Source: Treponemataceae bacterium (GTDB lineage Bacteria; Spirochaetota; Spirochaetia; Treponematales; Rectinemataceae). Taken from it: a stretch of DNA of 64,000 bases. The stretch covers positions 32,001-96,000 of the forward strand of contig CAXXHO010000003.1 of the NCBI GenBank assembly GCA_963667725.2. The letters are read 5' to 3'. Position numbers and translations under genes: made by a program. Numbering within the stretch: the stretch's first letter is position 1; the number at the start of each line of letters is the position of its first letter. Below, one piece after another: positions 1 through 9,480 of the stretch. The notes under the pieces were generated by a model. That model was not told where the DNA came from, searched no databases, and saw only the letters and a program-made list of their open reading frames with translations.

Positions 1-615
1 TCCGTCGTCACCGAGAAGACATCCAAAACCGTCGAGATCATGCTCTCGAGCGTCACGAGCCGCGACCTCATGTTCGGGAAGATCCTGGGCCTCGGCCTGG
101 CGGGGCTCCTGCAGTACGGAATCTGGGTTGCGATGGCCATGCTGCTTACGAAGCTCATAGGCCCGGTCTTCAACCTTTCGATGCCCGCTGGCGTTTCCAC
201 TGGGAACATGCTCTGGCTCGTCATATTCTTCGTGTTCGCCTTTTTCCTCTACGCCTCGGCCTACGCGGCCCTGGGCGCCGCGAGCGAGGACGAACAGCAC
301 CTCGGCCAGGTGGCCTGGCCTCTCCTCATGTTCCTCATGTTTCCCCTCGTGATGATCAGCAGCCTCGTTACCAATCCCGATTCGACGGTTTCGGTCTTCC
401 TCTCGCTCTTTCCCATGACGAGCCCCATCGTGATGCTCGTCCGCATCCTAGTGTCGGAACCGCCCGCGTGGCAGATCGCGCTCTGCCTCGCCCTGCTCGC
501 GGCTAGCGTGGCCGGCATGGCCTTTCTGGCCGCCAAGATTTTCCGGATCGGCATCCTCATGACGGGCAAAAAGCCCAAGCTCAAGGAAGTCCTGCGCTGG
601 ATAACGGTCAAGTAA
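1..615 (+). CDS. ABC-2/NatB-type transporter permease, 5'-truncated by the window edge
   Basis: Frame open from base 1 (SVVTEKTSKTVEIMLSSV, the EK..R..E.LLS motif), GKILG, several TM helices, C-terminal AAKIFRIGIL. Confidence 0.85.
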   Translation, partial: SVVTEKTSKTVEIMLSSVTSRDLMFGKILGLGLAGLLQYGIWVAMAMLLTKLIGPVFNLSMPAGVSTGNMLWLVIFFVFAFFLYASAYAALGAASEDEQHLGQVAWPLLMFLMFPLVMISSLVTNPDSTVSVFLSLFPMTSPIVMLVRILVSEPPAWQIALCLALLAASVAGMAFLAAKIFRIGILMTGKKPKLKEVLRWITVK

Positions 616-634
616 AATTTACGGCGAATTTATA

Positions 635-646
635 GGGAACGTTCCC
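635..646. promoter_or_regulatory. LacI-family operator O1 (GGGAACGTTCCC)
   Basis: Perfect palindrome with central CG, upstream of a LacI gene; identical copy at 692-703. Confidence 0.8.
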
Positions 647-655
647 AATTAGCTA

Positions 656-684
656 TTGCGCGATTTTTAAAGTCGTGTTAGGGT
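656..684 (+). promoter_or_regulatory. Sigma70-type promoter TTGCGC-N17-TAGGGT with extended TG
   Basis: Spacing and position between the two operators. Confidence 0.5.
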
Positions 685-691
685 GTTTTTA

Positions 692-703
692 GGGAACGTT
701 CCC
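692..703. promoter_or_regulatory. LacI-family operator O2 (GGGAACGTTCCC)
   Basis: Second identical palindrome, 3 nt before the ATG at 707. Confidence 0.8.
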
Positions 704-706
704 ATT

Positions 707-1735
707 ATGAATAAACCCAAGATAAGCATTCACGAGGTTGCCCGTCTCGCCGGCGTCTCGAAAAGCACAGTGTCGCGCGTCGTCTCCGACCGGGGCGGTT
801 CGGTGAGCCCGAAGGCCCTCGAAGCCGTCAACAAGGCCATCGAACAGCTCGGCTACACCAAGAACCTGATGGCGGCCTGCCTGCGAACCCAGAAAACCTA
901 CATGGTGCTCGTGATGGTTCCCGACATAGCCAACCATTTCTGGTCGGAAATCGCCCGAGCCATCCAGGACAGGCTGGAGCCCGAGGGCTATTCGGTCGTC
1001 ATTGGTTCCACCGACTGGAGCGAGACGCGGGAGGCGCGCTACTACGAGCTCGCGCGCTCATCGCGTTTCGACGGGCTCATCCTCAACAGCGTCACCGACA
1101 ATATCAGCCTCATCAAGGACATAGGCGTTCCGAGCGTCATGATCGGCGAACGCAGCGCCACCCAGGACATCGACACGGTGGGCACCGACACGATGTCAGC
1201 CGCCCGCCTGGCTCTCGATTATCTCTACGGCACCGGACACCGCCGCATAGCCCTGGCCACGAGCGACCACGGCGGCGAGCGCTATCTCTCGCTGCGAAGC
1301 AGGGCATACAAGGATTTTCTGCGCGATAAAGGGCTCCCCTACGATCCCGACCTCGTCTTTTCGGTAAATCTCGACGAGGAAGGCGGCAGGACCCTGGCTA
1401 GGCATTGCCTGGCCCTGCCCGATTGGCGCCGCCGCGTCGATTCGCTTTTCTGCGGCAACGACATCGTGGCCATAGCCGCGATGGGCGAATTCAGGAAATT
1501 CGGGATCATTCCCGGCATAGACATTTCGATCGTCGGCATGGACGACGTGCCGGCGGCCGCGCAGACCTATCCCCCGCTCACGACGGTGAGGAAGCCCAGG
1601 GGACGGATCGGGGCGGCGGCCGCCGAGCTTTTACTCGCGAAAATGAAAGACCCCGGCAGACCCGCCGAAAAGCACCTGTTCCCCGGCGAACTCATCGTCA
1701 GGGACAGCGTCGTACAAAGGAAGGAAGAAGCATGA
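707..1735 (+). CDS. LacI-family transcriptional regulator
   Basis: N-terminal SIHEVARLAGVSKSTVSRV HTH; sugar-binding domain with GMDD and PPLTTV. Confidence 0.95.
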   Translation: MNKPKISIHEVARLAGVSKSTVSRVVSDRGGSVSPKALEAVNKAIEQLGYTKNLMAACLRTQKTYMVLVMVPDIANHFWSEIARAIQDRLEPEGYSVVIGSTDWSETREARYYELARSSRFDGLILNSVTDNISLIKDIGVPSVMIGERSATQDIDTVGTDTMSAARLALDYLYGTGHRRIALATSDHGGERYLSLRSRAYKDFLRDKGLPYDPDLVFSVNLDEEGGRTLARHCLALPDWRRRVDSLFCGNDIVAIAAMGEFRKFGIIPGIDISIVGMDDVPAAAQTYPPLTTVRKPRGRIGAAAAELLLAKMKDPGRPAEKHLFPGELIVRDSVVQRKEEA

Positions 1736-2727
1736 AAACCAGAGCTGAAGTTGTCGCCGACCGCGCCGGCTATGAATCCAGGGCCGCGGGCGCCCTGATA
1801 GGGCTTGCCGTGGGCGACGCCGTGGGCGATCTCGGCAGGAGCCAGGAACACAGGAACCGTTACGGCCTTATCGTGCGCCTTCTCGACGACGGCAAGAGCA
1901 CTGACGACACGGAATTCGGCGTGCTGACCGCGCGCGCCCTCCTGGATTGCCGCGGCGCGCTGACGCCCGCGAAGACGGCGGAAGCCTGGCGGAAGTACAT
2001 TATCGGCCGCGGCGGCGCGAAGAAGCGCGCGGGCCGGCCCCTCTATGGCGCCATCGAGAACCTCGGCCGCGGCATGGAGCCTCCCTTCACCGGCAAATAC
2101 AACGTGATGAACATAGACGACGGCGCCGCGATGCGCGCCACGCCCCACGGAATTCTGAGAGCGGGCGATCCCGACGGGGCCGCCGAACTCGCGGCCGCCG
2201 ACGCCTGCGTGAGCCATGACGCCGACGGCATATGGGCGGCCCAGGCTCTCGCCGCGAGCGTCGCCGTGGCCATCGCCGGCGGGTTCGTGGACGAGATCGT
2301 CGCCGCCGGCCGGGCCAGGTTTCCCGCAGGCAGTTGGATCGGCCACGCCATGGATACCGCCATGGATATCTGCGACCGCTTCCCCGATATCGAGGAAGCC
2401 TACGAGGAACTCCACACGAAGCTTTGGACGCCCGAACACGCCACGTCGCCCGAGGCCATCCCCCAGGTATATGCCATCTTCAGACTCACCGCCGGCGATC
2501 CCCGCCGCGGCCTTCTCTGGAGCGCCAATTTCGGCAGGGACGCGGATACGATCAGCGGCCTCGTCTGCTCCCTCGCGGGCGCCATGCACGGCCTCGCCGC
2601 CTTCCCCGACGCCTGGACGGCGCGCCTTCGCAAACCCTCCGGCACCTGCCTCGATTTCGCCGCGGAGGAAGACATCGTCACGCTCGCGAAAGAACTTGTG
2701 GCGCTCTCCTGCGGGATGAAGGCCTGA
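1732..2727 (+). CDS. ADP-ribosylglycohydrolase (ARH/DraG) family protein
   Basis: GLAVGDAVG, STDDTE, DGAAMR and GRDADT motifs; ATGA overlap with lacI (true start lies inside the ORF-track 1405 frame). Confidence 0.9.
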   Translation: MKTRAEVVADRAGYESRAAGALIGLAVGDAVGDLGRSQEHRNRYGLIVRLLDDGKSTDDTEFGVLTARALLDCRGALTPAKTAEAWRKYIIGRGGAKKRAGRPLYGAIENLGRGMEPPFTGKYNVMNIDDGAAMRATPHGILRAGDPDGAAELAAADACVSHDADGIWAAQALAASVAVAIAGGFVDEIVAAGRARFPAGSWIGHAMDTAMDICDRFPDIEEAYEELHTKLWTPEHATSPEAIPQVYAIFRLTAGDPRRGLLWSANFGRDADTISGLVCSLAGAMHGLAAFPDAWTARLRKPSGTCLDFAAEEDIVTLAKELVALSCGMKA

Positions 2728-2729
2728 AA

Positions 2730-3665
2730 ATGAGCGGAATCAATGCCCCAGCGCGGACGCTGACGGCGCGCCGGCCAGGGACTGGCCTGCGGAAGCAGGA
2801 ATGGTCGCTTCTCCTCCTCCTCGCACCCGCCCTTGTCTATTTTCTCGTCTATCACATCGTCCCGCTCTTTGGGATGGTTATGGCTTTCCAGGATTTCCGA
2901 ATCATCGGGAAAAGCCCTTTCGTCGGGCTCAAGCATTTTAAGGCGCTCTTCAGCTCGCCTTCCTTCATGCAGGTCCTGGCCAACACCCTGATCATCAGCT
3001 TCATGAAGATCGTGCTTTTCTTCCCCCTGCCCATCGCCTTCGCCCTCATGCTGAACGAAGTGCGCGCCTCCTTCATGAGGAAATTCATCCAGTCGACCAC
3101 CTACCTGCCTCACTTCCTTTCCTGGGTGGTCATCGCCGGCGTGTGGATCGCCTTCCTCTCGCCCAGCACGGGAGGCATGAACCAGCTGCGCAGCATTTTC
3201 GGCCTCCCGGCCATCGATTACATGACGGATAAGGGTTCCATCCGCTGGGTGCTCTTTGCCTCCGAGACATGGCGCAGCCTCGGATGGGACTCGATCATCT
3301 ACATGGCCGCCCTGGCGAGCATCAGTCCCAGCCTCTACGAATCGGCCGACCTGGACGGTGCGGGGCCGCTGCAGAAAATGCGTTTCATCACCCTGCCCGA
3401 GCTCACCTCGACCATGGTGACGGTCTTCATCCTGAACATGGGATTCTTCCTCAACGCGGGTTTCGACCAGGTCTTCAACATGATGAACGACTCGGTGATC
3501 AGCGTGGTGGATATTCTCGACACCTACGTCTACAGGATAGGCCTCCTGAACATGCAGTACTCGATCTCCACGGCGGCCAGCCTCTTCAAAGGCGTCATCG
3601 GCCTCGTCCTCATCCTCGCGGCCCATAAGGGCTCCCTCAAGGTGACGGGGAAGGGGATGTGGTGA
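2730..3665 (+). CDS. Carbohydrate ABC transporter permease (LplB-like)
   Basis: YLPHFLSWVV; EAA-like loop LYESADLDGA; TM pattern. Confidence 0.92.
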   Translation: MSGINAPARTLTARRPGTGLRKQEWSLLLLLAPALVYFLVYHIVPLFGMVMAFQDFRIIGKSPFVGLKHFKALFSSPSFMQVLANTLIISFMKIVLFFPLPIAFALMLNEVRASFMRKFIQSTTYLPHFLSWVVIAGVWIAFLSPSTGGMNQLRSIFGLPAIDYMTDKGSIRWVLFASETWRSLGWDSIIYMAALASISPSLYESADLDGAGPLQKMRFITLPELTSTMVTVFILNMGFFLNAGFDQVFNMMNDSVISVVDILDTYVYRIGLLNMQYSISTAASLFKGVIGLVLILAAHKGSLKVTGKGMW

Positions 3666-4561
3666 TGCGCAAAGTAAGAACGACCACAGTCGAGATAATC
3701 TGGCGCAGCGCCATCGCGATCTTTCTTCTCGGTATCAGCGTGGTGGTTATCGTCCCCCTGCTCAACCTCCTCGCCCTCTCCCTCTCCGACCCGGCGAGGG
3801 TGTCGGAGGTGCGCGGCCTCACCATCGTGCCCAAGGGGCTTTCCCTCATCAATTACCGCGTTCTGGCGGCTAATCCGCTCTTCGTCAGAAGCATCATGAA
3901 CTCAGTCTACATCACCTTCGTGGGCACGGCCCTGAACCTCCTCGTCACCGCGATGGCCGCCTTCGCCATGACACGGCCCAGGCTGCCCTTCAAGCGCTTC
4001 TTTCAGGTTCTCATCGTTGTGGTGATGATCTTCGAACCCGGGCTCATCCCCGAATACCTCGTCGTCAAGAAGATAGGCCTCATGGGAAGCCTCTGGGCCG
4101 TCATCCTCTACAAGACCGTGAACGTTTATTACCTCATCATCATGATGCGCTACTTCGAGGAAATCCCCTCCTCCTTCATCGAGGCCGCCCAGGTGGACGG
4201 GGCCAGCTACATGAAAATCCTGGCGAAAATCGTTCTCCCCCTGTCCAAGCCAGCCCTCGCGACGCTCGGACTTTTCTACGGCGTGTTCCACTGGAACGAA
4301 TACTTCAGGGCGAGCATCTATCTCACCGACCCCAACAAGTATCCGCTCCAGCTGATCCTGAGACAGTTCGTCGTTCTCGACGACACCGCCTCGCTCATCG
4401 GATCGGGCGCGCTCTTCAGCTACGATGAAGCCGCCCGCCTCAGCTACGACGCGCTGCAGGCGAGCACCATCATCGTGGCCATGCTGCCGGTTCTCGTTAT
4501 CTACCCTCTGATCCTCAAGTATTACGCGAGAGGAGTGATGGAAGGTGGAGTCAAGGAATAG
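3659..4561 (+). CDS. Carbohydrate ABC transporter permease (LplC-like)
   Basis: IEAAQVDGAS EAA motif; PLSKPALAT; HWNEYF. Confidence 0.92.
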   Translation: MVMRKVRTTTVEIIWRSAIAIFLLGISVVVIVPLLNLLALSLSDPARVSEVRGLTIVPKGLSLINYRVLAANPLFVRSIMNSVYITFVGTALNLLVTAMAAFAMTRPRLPFKRFFQVLIVVVMIFEPGLIPEYLVVKKIGLMGSLWAVILYKTVNVYYLIIMMRYFEEIPSSFIEAAQVDGASYMKILAKIVLPLSKPALATLGLFYGVFHWNEYFRASIYLTDPNKYPLQLILRQFVVLDDTASLIGSGALFSYDEAARLSYDALQASTIIVAMLPVLVIYPLILKYYARGVMEGGVKE

Positions 4562-4582
4562 GACAAGGAATAGGAGGTTATC

Positions 4583-6010
4583 GTGAAAAAGCACAGTATC
4601 GTGTCTTTGCTGATGGCGGTTCTTCTCGTCTGCGGAGTCGCCTTCGTGGGCGCGGCCACACCCAAGGTGAGGCTCGTGCTCAAGGATCTGGATACCGATC
4701 CCAATTCGGCCCAGTTCATCCAGCTTATCGAAAAGGGCATGGCCGCGGTCGGGACGCCCGTCGATATCGAGATCGTCAAGGTGCCGGCGGGCAACTACGC
4801 CGAGAAAATCAGCCTGATGATCATGTCGGGCGACATCCCCGATCTCATCTACTTCCAGGGCGGCGACGACAAGATCGCCATGCAGGACCTGCTCGTGGAC
4901 CTTCGCCCCTACGTCAACACATCGAAGAGCCTGAAAACTGTCCTGGACCAGCACAGCAAGCTGCGCCTCGAGAGCTATCCCTACCTCGTGTGGGTCGCTC
5001 CTCCCCGCGTCCGCGCTCCCGTTATCAGGCAGGACTGGTACGATTCGCTGCCCTCCGCCAAAGCGGTGGCCGCCAAGCCGACCGTCGACAACTACTACGC
5101 CCTCTTCAAAGATCTCGTCCAGAAAAAAGGAGCGAAGTTCGGCATCTCCGTGACCGGCGCCACCAACGGCGTCGAGGAACTCGACTCGATATTCGACGCG
5201 GCTTTCGGCATCACCTCGACTTGGATGAAGGGCGCCGACGGCCAGTGGACCTACGCGCGCGTCACGCCGAACGAGAAGACCAAGCTCGAATTCTACGCTA
5301 AACTCTACAAGGAAGGCCTTCTCGATCCCGAATACCTGACTAAGAAATGGGATTCCAAGGAGCAGGTGTTCTATGAGGGCAAGGCTGGCATGGTGGCGGG
5401 CGTGGCGCCCGGCAGCCTCGATGTCTACGCGAACAAGATGCTGAAGACCCAGGGCACGAGCATCGTTCCTCTTCCTCCCCCCGCCGGGATCGCCCAGGGC
5501 CTCGGCCCCTTCGTGGACGTCACCAAGGAAGCGCGCGGTTTCGCGATTCCCACGACCTCCAAGGTCAAGGATGCCGCCTTCGCCGTGATCGACTTCATGT
5601 GGAGCCCGGCCGGTCTCAAGATTGCCAAGCTCGGCATGCCCGGCCTCCACGTCGTTGAGGAAGCCAACCGCTATGTCCTCACCGACAAGTATTCCGAATG
5701 GTACAACGGCTGGTTCGGCGATTCCTTCAACGGCTTCAACCCCGACAAGCCTCTCTCGAGGCCGATCATGACCGACGCCGCCGTGGCATCGGCCAAACTG
5801 GCGACGAAGTACATGATGGCGGACAAGACCTTCCTCATTCCCGAGCAGTACGTCACCAACTGGGACGCCATGACAAACCTGTACAAGGAATATATCGCCG
5901 ACATCGTCACCGGCAAGAAACCCCTCTCCGCCTTCGATGAATACGTGCAGAAGTGGTACAAGGCTGGCGGCACCGAGCTGTCCAAGTACGCGGCCACCAA
6001 GCTGAAATAA
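4583..6010 (+). CDS. Extracellular solute-binding protein, family 1
   Basis: Signal peptide; [26 protein letters not shown]. Confidence 0.9.
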   Translation: MKKHSIVSLLMAVLLVCGVAFVGAATPKVRLVLKDLDTDPNSAQFIQLIEKGMAAVGTPVDIEIVKVPAGNYAEKISLMIMSGDIPDLIYFQGGDDKIAMQDLLVDLRPYVNTSKSLKTVLDQHSKLRLESYPYLVWVAPPRVRAPVIRQDWYDSLPSAKAVAAKPTVDNYYALFKDLVQKKGAKFGISVTGATNGVEELDSIFDAAFGITSTWMKGADGQWTYARVTPNEKTKLEFYAKLYKEGLLDPEYLTKKWDSKEQVFYEGKAGMVAGVAPGSLDVYANKMLKTQGTSIVPLPPPAGIAQGLGPFVDVTKEARGFAIPTTSKVKDAAFAVIDFMWSPAGLKIAKLGMPGLHVVEEANRYVLTDKYSEWYNGWFGDSFNGFNPDKPLSRPIMTDAAVASAKLATKYMMADKTFLIPEQYVTNWDAMTNLYKEYIADIVTGKKPLSAFDEYVQKWYKAGGTELSKYAATKLK

Positions 6011-6025
6011 GCGACGGGTTCTCTG

Positions 6026-6049
6026 GAGGCGCCGCTGACGCGGCGCCTC
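6026..6049 (+). other. Intergenic stem-loop after the solute-binding protein gene
   Basis: GAGGCGCCGC-TGAC-GCGGCGCCTC with no U-tract; likely an mRNA stabiliser. Confidence 0.5.
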
Positions 6050-6075
6050 ATTATCTTCACTTTTGGAGTAAACCA

Positions 6076-8253
6076 ATGTCTTCCATACCTAGCGATTATC
6101 TCGAACGTGTCTACGCGGGCTTTCTGGGCAAGAATGTGGGAATCAGGCTCGGCGCGCCCGTGGAGCCCGCCATCTGGACCTACGAACGTATCCGCGAGGT
6201 GTATGGAGACGTAAAATCGTATCTGAAGCCCTATAGGAATTTCGCCGCCGACGACGACGCCAACGGCCCCGTGTATTTCGTGCGTCCCCTGCTCGAGGCG
6301 GCGGAGAAGGCCGCGCCGAAGGCGATGCCGGGAGCGACTCCTGAGGCTGTTCCTGGGGTGGTGCCGGCAACGACGCCCGCCGATGTCGGCAGGGCCTGGC
6401 TGGACTACGCGCGGGAAGGCGTCGGAATGTTCTGGTGGGGCGGCTACGGCCGAAGCACCGAGCATACGGCCTACCTGAACCTCAAGAACGGGATCCAGGC
6501 GCCCGAATCCGGCTCCATCGAGCGGAACGGGCAGGTGCCGGCCGAGCAAATCGGCGGGCAGATTTTTATCGACACCTGGGGCCTTGTCTGGCCGGGAAAT
6601 CCCGAAAAGGCGGCGGATTACGCGGCCGCCGCCGCTTCCGTGTCCCACGACGGAGAGGGACTGCTCGGCGCGCGCTTCATCGCGGGCTGCATAGCCGCCG
6701 CCTTCGTCGAGAAGAATATCCGTTCGGTGGTCGAGATCGGCCTCGGGCTGCTTCCCGCCGATTCGAAATACGCCGAGGTGGTGAGAGCCGTCATGGATTT
6801 CCACGACGCCCATCCCGAGGACTGGCGCCCCTGCCAGGAATACCTCATCGCGTCCTGGGGCTACGACAAATGGCCAGGGCTATGCCACATCATCCCGAAC
6901 GCGGGTGTCTGCGCCCTCGCTCTCCTCTATGGAGCCGGCGATTTCGCCCGCACGGTGGAAATCGCCACGATGTGCGGATGGGATACCGACTGCAACGCCG
7001 GCAATGTGGGCACCATCGCGGGCGTGCTGTACGGGCTGGACTCGATTCCGGCGCATTACCGGGCGCCCATCAATGACGGCATCGTCCTGTCGGGTCTGCC
7101 GGGCGCGCTGAACATTCTCGACCTTCCGACTTTTTCCAGGCGACTTTGCGCCGTCGGGTACAAGCTGGCGGGAGAGCCTGTTCCCGCGCCGATCACGGCA
7201 GCCCTCGAGCGGGGCGACGGGGAGAAGGCGCTGGACTTCGATTTCCTTCTGCCGGGCTCGACGCACGGCATGAGGGTTTCCGATCCCGTGGGCTTCGCTG
7301 CCGTGCATAGGGAAGGCATGGGGCTGGAGGGCGGCGGGGCGCTGGAGTTCCGCTTCGAGCGCCTGACGAGGGAGATGAACGGGAAACTGTTCTTCAAACC
7401 ATTCTACCGACGGGCTGATTTCGACGATGAGCGATACAGCCCGGTATTTTCGCCGATCGCGAGAGCAGGACAGATCGTGAAGATCCGTTTCCGCCACGAA
7501 CGCTGGGAAGGGCAGAGCGTCGGCGTGGAAGGTTATGTGCGCGATACCTTCTCCAAGGCGGAAATCATCGCTTCCCCGATGATATTTCCCGAAGAGAAAA
7601 AGCCTTATTGGATCGAGTTCGCGATTCCGGAGACGGGCGGCGCCTCGGTGGACGAGATCGGCCTCAAGCTCACGAGTTTTTCCGGCAAGGGGAAACGCGA
7701 TTCGGGCAGGCTCCTCGTCGACAGGTTCTCGGTGAGCGGCAAGGCTCGTTATGCGATTGATATAGGAAAACAGGCCGTCGAGTTCGGATGCGTGACGCCT
7801 TTTTCCCACGAAGGCGGCTGCTGGTCCATCGACGACGGCAATCTCCATCTCATGACGCCGGTGCCCGCCGCTTCCTATACGGGCGGATACAAGGTTGGCG
7901 ATCAGAGAATCAGCGCTCAGGTTAGGCCTTTGGCCGGCGACAGTCACCTGCTCATCGCGAGAGCGGGCGGTGCCATGCGCGGCTATATGGGCGGGTTCGA
8001 CAGTAAGAACGGCATCTCCATTTTCAGGAAGGATTTCGGCGTAACGTTGCTCGCTCATGCCGATTTCGAATGGAGGCACGGAGTATCGTACGTTCTCTGT
8101 CTCGAGGTTATTGGAGATCGCATAACTTTGCTCGTGGACGGCCGCGCCGTCCTGGAAGTACGCGACGGTACCTTCTCGAGCGGAATGGTGGGCTGCGGCT
8201 CCCTCAGGGCGGCCAGGACTATGTACGGAGCCTTCGAAATTGAGGAGCTGTGA
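6076..8253 (+). CDS. Large ADP-ribosylglycohydrolase-family protein with C-terminal beta-sandwich (lectin-like) domains
   Basis: [45 protein letters not shown] before ATG 6076. Confidence 0.88.
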   Translation: MSSIPSDYLERVYAGFLGKNVGIRLGAPVEPAIWTYERIREVYGDVKSYLKPYRNFAADDDANGPVYFVRPLLEAAEKAAPKAMPGATPEAVPGVVPATTPADVGRAWLDYAREGVGMFWWGGYGRSTEHTAYLNLKNGIQAPESGSIERNGQVPAEQIGGQIFIDTWGLVWPGNPEKAADYAAAAASVSHDGEGLLGARFIAGCIAAAFVEKNIRSVVEIGLGLLPADSKYAEVVRAVMDFHDAHPEDWRPCQEYLIASWGYDKWPGLCHIIPNAGVCALALLYGAGDFARTVEIATMCGWDTDCNAGNVGTIAGVLYGLDSIPAHYRAPINDGIVLSGLPGALNILDLPTFSRRLCAVGYKLAGEPVPAPITAALERGDGEKALDFDFLLPGSTHGMRVSDPVGFAAVHREGMGLEGGGALEFRFERLTREMNGKLFFKPFYRRADFDDERYSPVFSPIARAGQIVKIRFRHERWEGQSVGVEGYVRDTFSKAEIIASPMIFPEEKKPYWIEFAIPETGGASVDEIGLKLTSFSGKGKRDSGRLLVDRFSVSGKARYAIDIGKQAVEFGCVTPFSHEGGCWSIDDGNLHLMTPVPAASYTGGYKVGDQRISAQVRPLAGDSHLLIARAGGAMRGYMGGFDSKNGISIFRKDFGVTLLAHADFEWRHGVSYVLCLEVIGDRITLLVDGRAVLEVRDGTFSSGMVGCGSLRAARTMYGAFEIEEL

Positions 8254-9479
8254 TGAGCAAGGATCTGTTCCGCGCCGGCTCGCGGGCGAAATCGGATTGT
8301 TCGGTCACGTATGAAAGGAACGGAGCGCCCCTTACGGCTACCGTCAGCTCGAGCGTGGGTTCCTTGTTCGGCAAAGCCATCGCCGCGGCGGCGCTGCGCG
8401 TCGCCGCCGAATTCGGTGTCATGACGGGCTCCTTTACCATCGACGACGACGGCGCCCTCGACGACACCGTGGCGGCGCGCGCCGAGGCCTCTTTAAGGCT
8501 GGCCGGCTTCTCCCGAATCCCGGAAGCGGTCCCCGCCCAAGCTCCGCTCGCCGACGCCCCGGCCGCGGCTCGGCCAGCCAACGCGCGCGCCGCTTCCCCT
8601 CGGGGCAGACCTCGCCGCGCTCGCCTGTACCTGCCCGGCGACCAGCCCCATCTGGCGGTCAACGCCGGCCTATTCGGCGCCGATTGCCTCGTCTTCGACC
8701 TCGAAGACGCTGTCGTCGCCGAGTGCAAGTTCGAGACCCGCATCCTCGTGCGCCGCGTCCTCGAAGAGAGCCTCATGCTCGGGGACTGCGAGATCGCCGT
8801 CCGCGTCAATCCGCTTTCGGGGCCGTGGGGAAAGGGCGACCTCGCCGAGATCGTAAAGGCCAGGCCACACGCTATCGTTTTCCCGAAATGCGAATCAGCC
8901 GCCGACGTGGAAGAAGCCGACAGGGAAATCTCAATTCTGGAAGAAGCCGCGGGCGTTCCCGCGGGCTCGATATATCTCATGCCCCTCATCGAAACCGCCG
9001 CGGGCGCGCTCAACGCGAAAGAGATAGCCAAGGCTTCGCCGCGCAACGTCGCCCTCCTTTTCGGGCGCGAGGATTTTTCGCGCGACATCGGAGCGGTCCC
9101 CGTCGCGGCGTTGCCCGGCGCCGAGAGCCTCCTGGCCAGGCAGATGATCGTGCTCGCGGCCAGAGCCGCCAGAATCGATCCGTTGGATTCAACCTACGCC
9201 GATGTCGGCGACGAGGAGGGCTTGAAAGCCTCCTGCGAGGAAGCGAGGGCCCTCGGTTTCGCCGGCAAGGGCGTCCTCCATCCCGCCCAGATACCCATCG
9301 TCATGAAAGCCTTCCACCCCACGGAGGAAGAAGCCACGCGCGCCGAAAAAATCGTCGCGGCCTTCGACGCGGCCGCGGCCGAAGGCCGGGGCGCCATATC
9401 GGTGGACGGGGCCATGGTCGACGCGCCGGTCGCGGAAAAAGCCCGCGGCATTCTTCGCGATTACAGGGGAGCGCTCTGA
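8253..9479 (+). CDS. citE: Fused citrate lyase acyl-carrier (CitD) and citryl-CoA lyase (CitE)
   Basis: N-terminal AGSRAKSD and DDGALD..ARAE resemble CitD; Ala/Pro linker; then FDLEDAV, LIETA, FGRED, GKGVLHPAQI, MVDAP of CitE. Confidence 0.85.
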   Translation: MSKDLFRAGSRAKSDCSVTYERNGAPLTATVSSSVGSLFGKAIAAAALRVAAEFGVMTGSFTIDDDGALDDTVAARAEASLRLAGFSRIPEAVPAQAPLADAPAAARPANARAASPRGRPRRARLYLPGDQPHLAVNAGLFGADCLVFDLEDAVVAECKFETRILVRRVLEESLMLGDCEIAVRVNPLSGPWGKGDLAEIVKARPHAIVFPKCESAADVEEADREISILEEAAGVPAGSIYLMPLIETAAGALNAKEIAKASPRNVALLFGREDFSRDIGAVPVAALPGAESLLARQMIVLAARAARIDPLDSTYADVGDEEGLKASCEEARALGFAGKGVLHPAQIPIVMKAFHPTEEEATRAEKIVAAFDAAAAEGRGAISVDGAMVDAPVAEKARGILRDYRGAL

Positions 9480-9480
9480 T

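Noticed and set aside
1405..3626. Long alternative ORFs and N-terminal extensions (1405, 2232, 1567-2589, 2400-3626)
   Set aside because: Shadow frames typical of high-GC DNA; true starts at 1732 and 2730 fit the family motifs and gene spacing
3902..6076. 724-aa minus-strand ORF
   Set aside because: Antisense to well-supported permease and solute-binding genes; no recognisable motif
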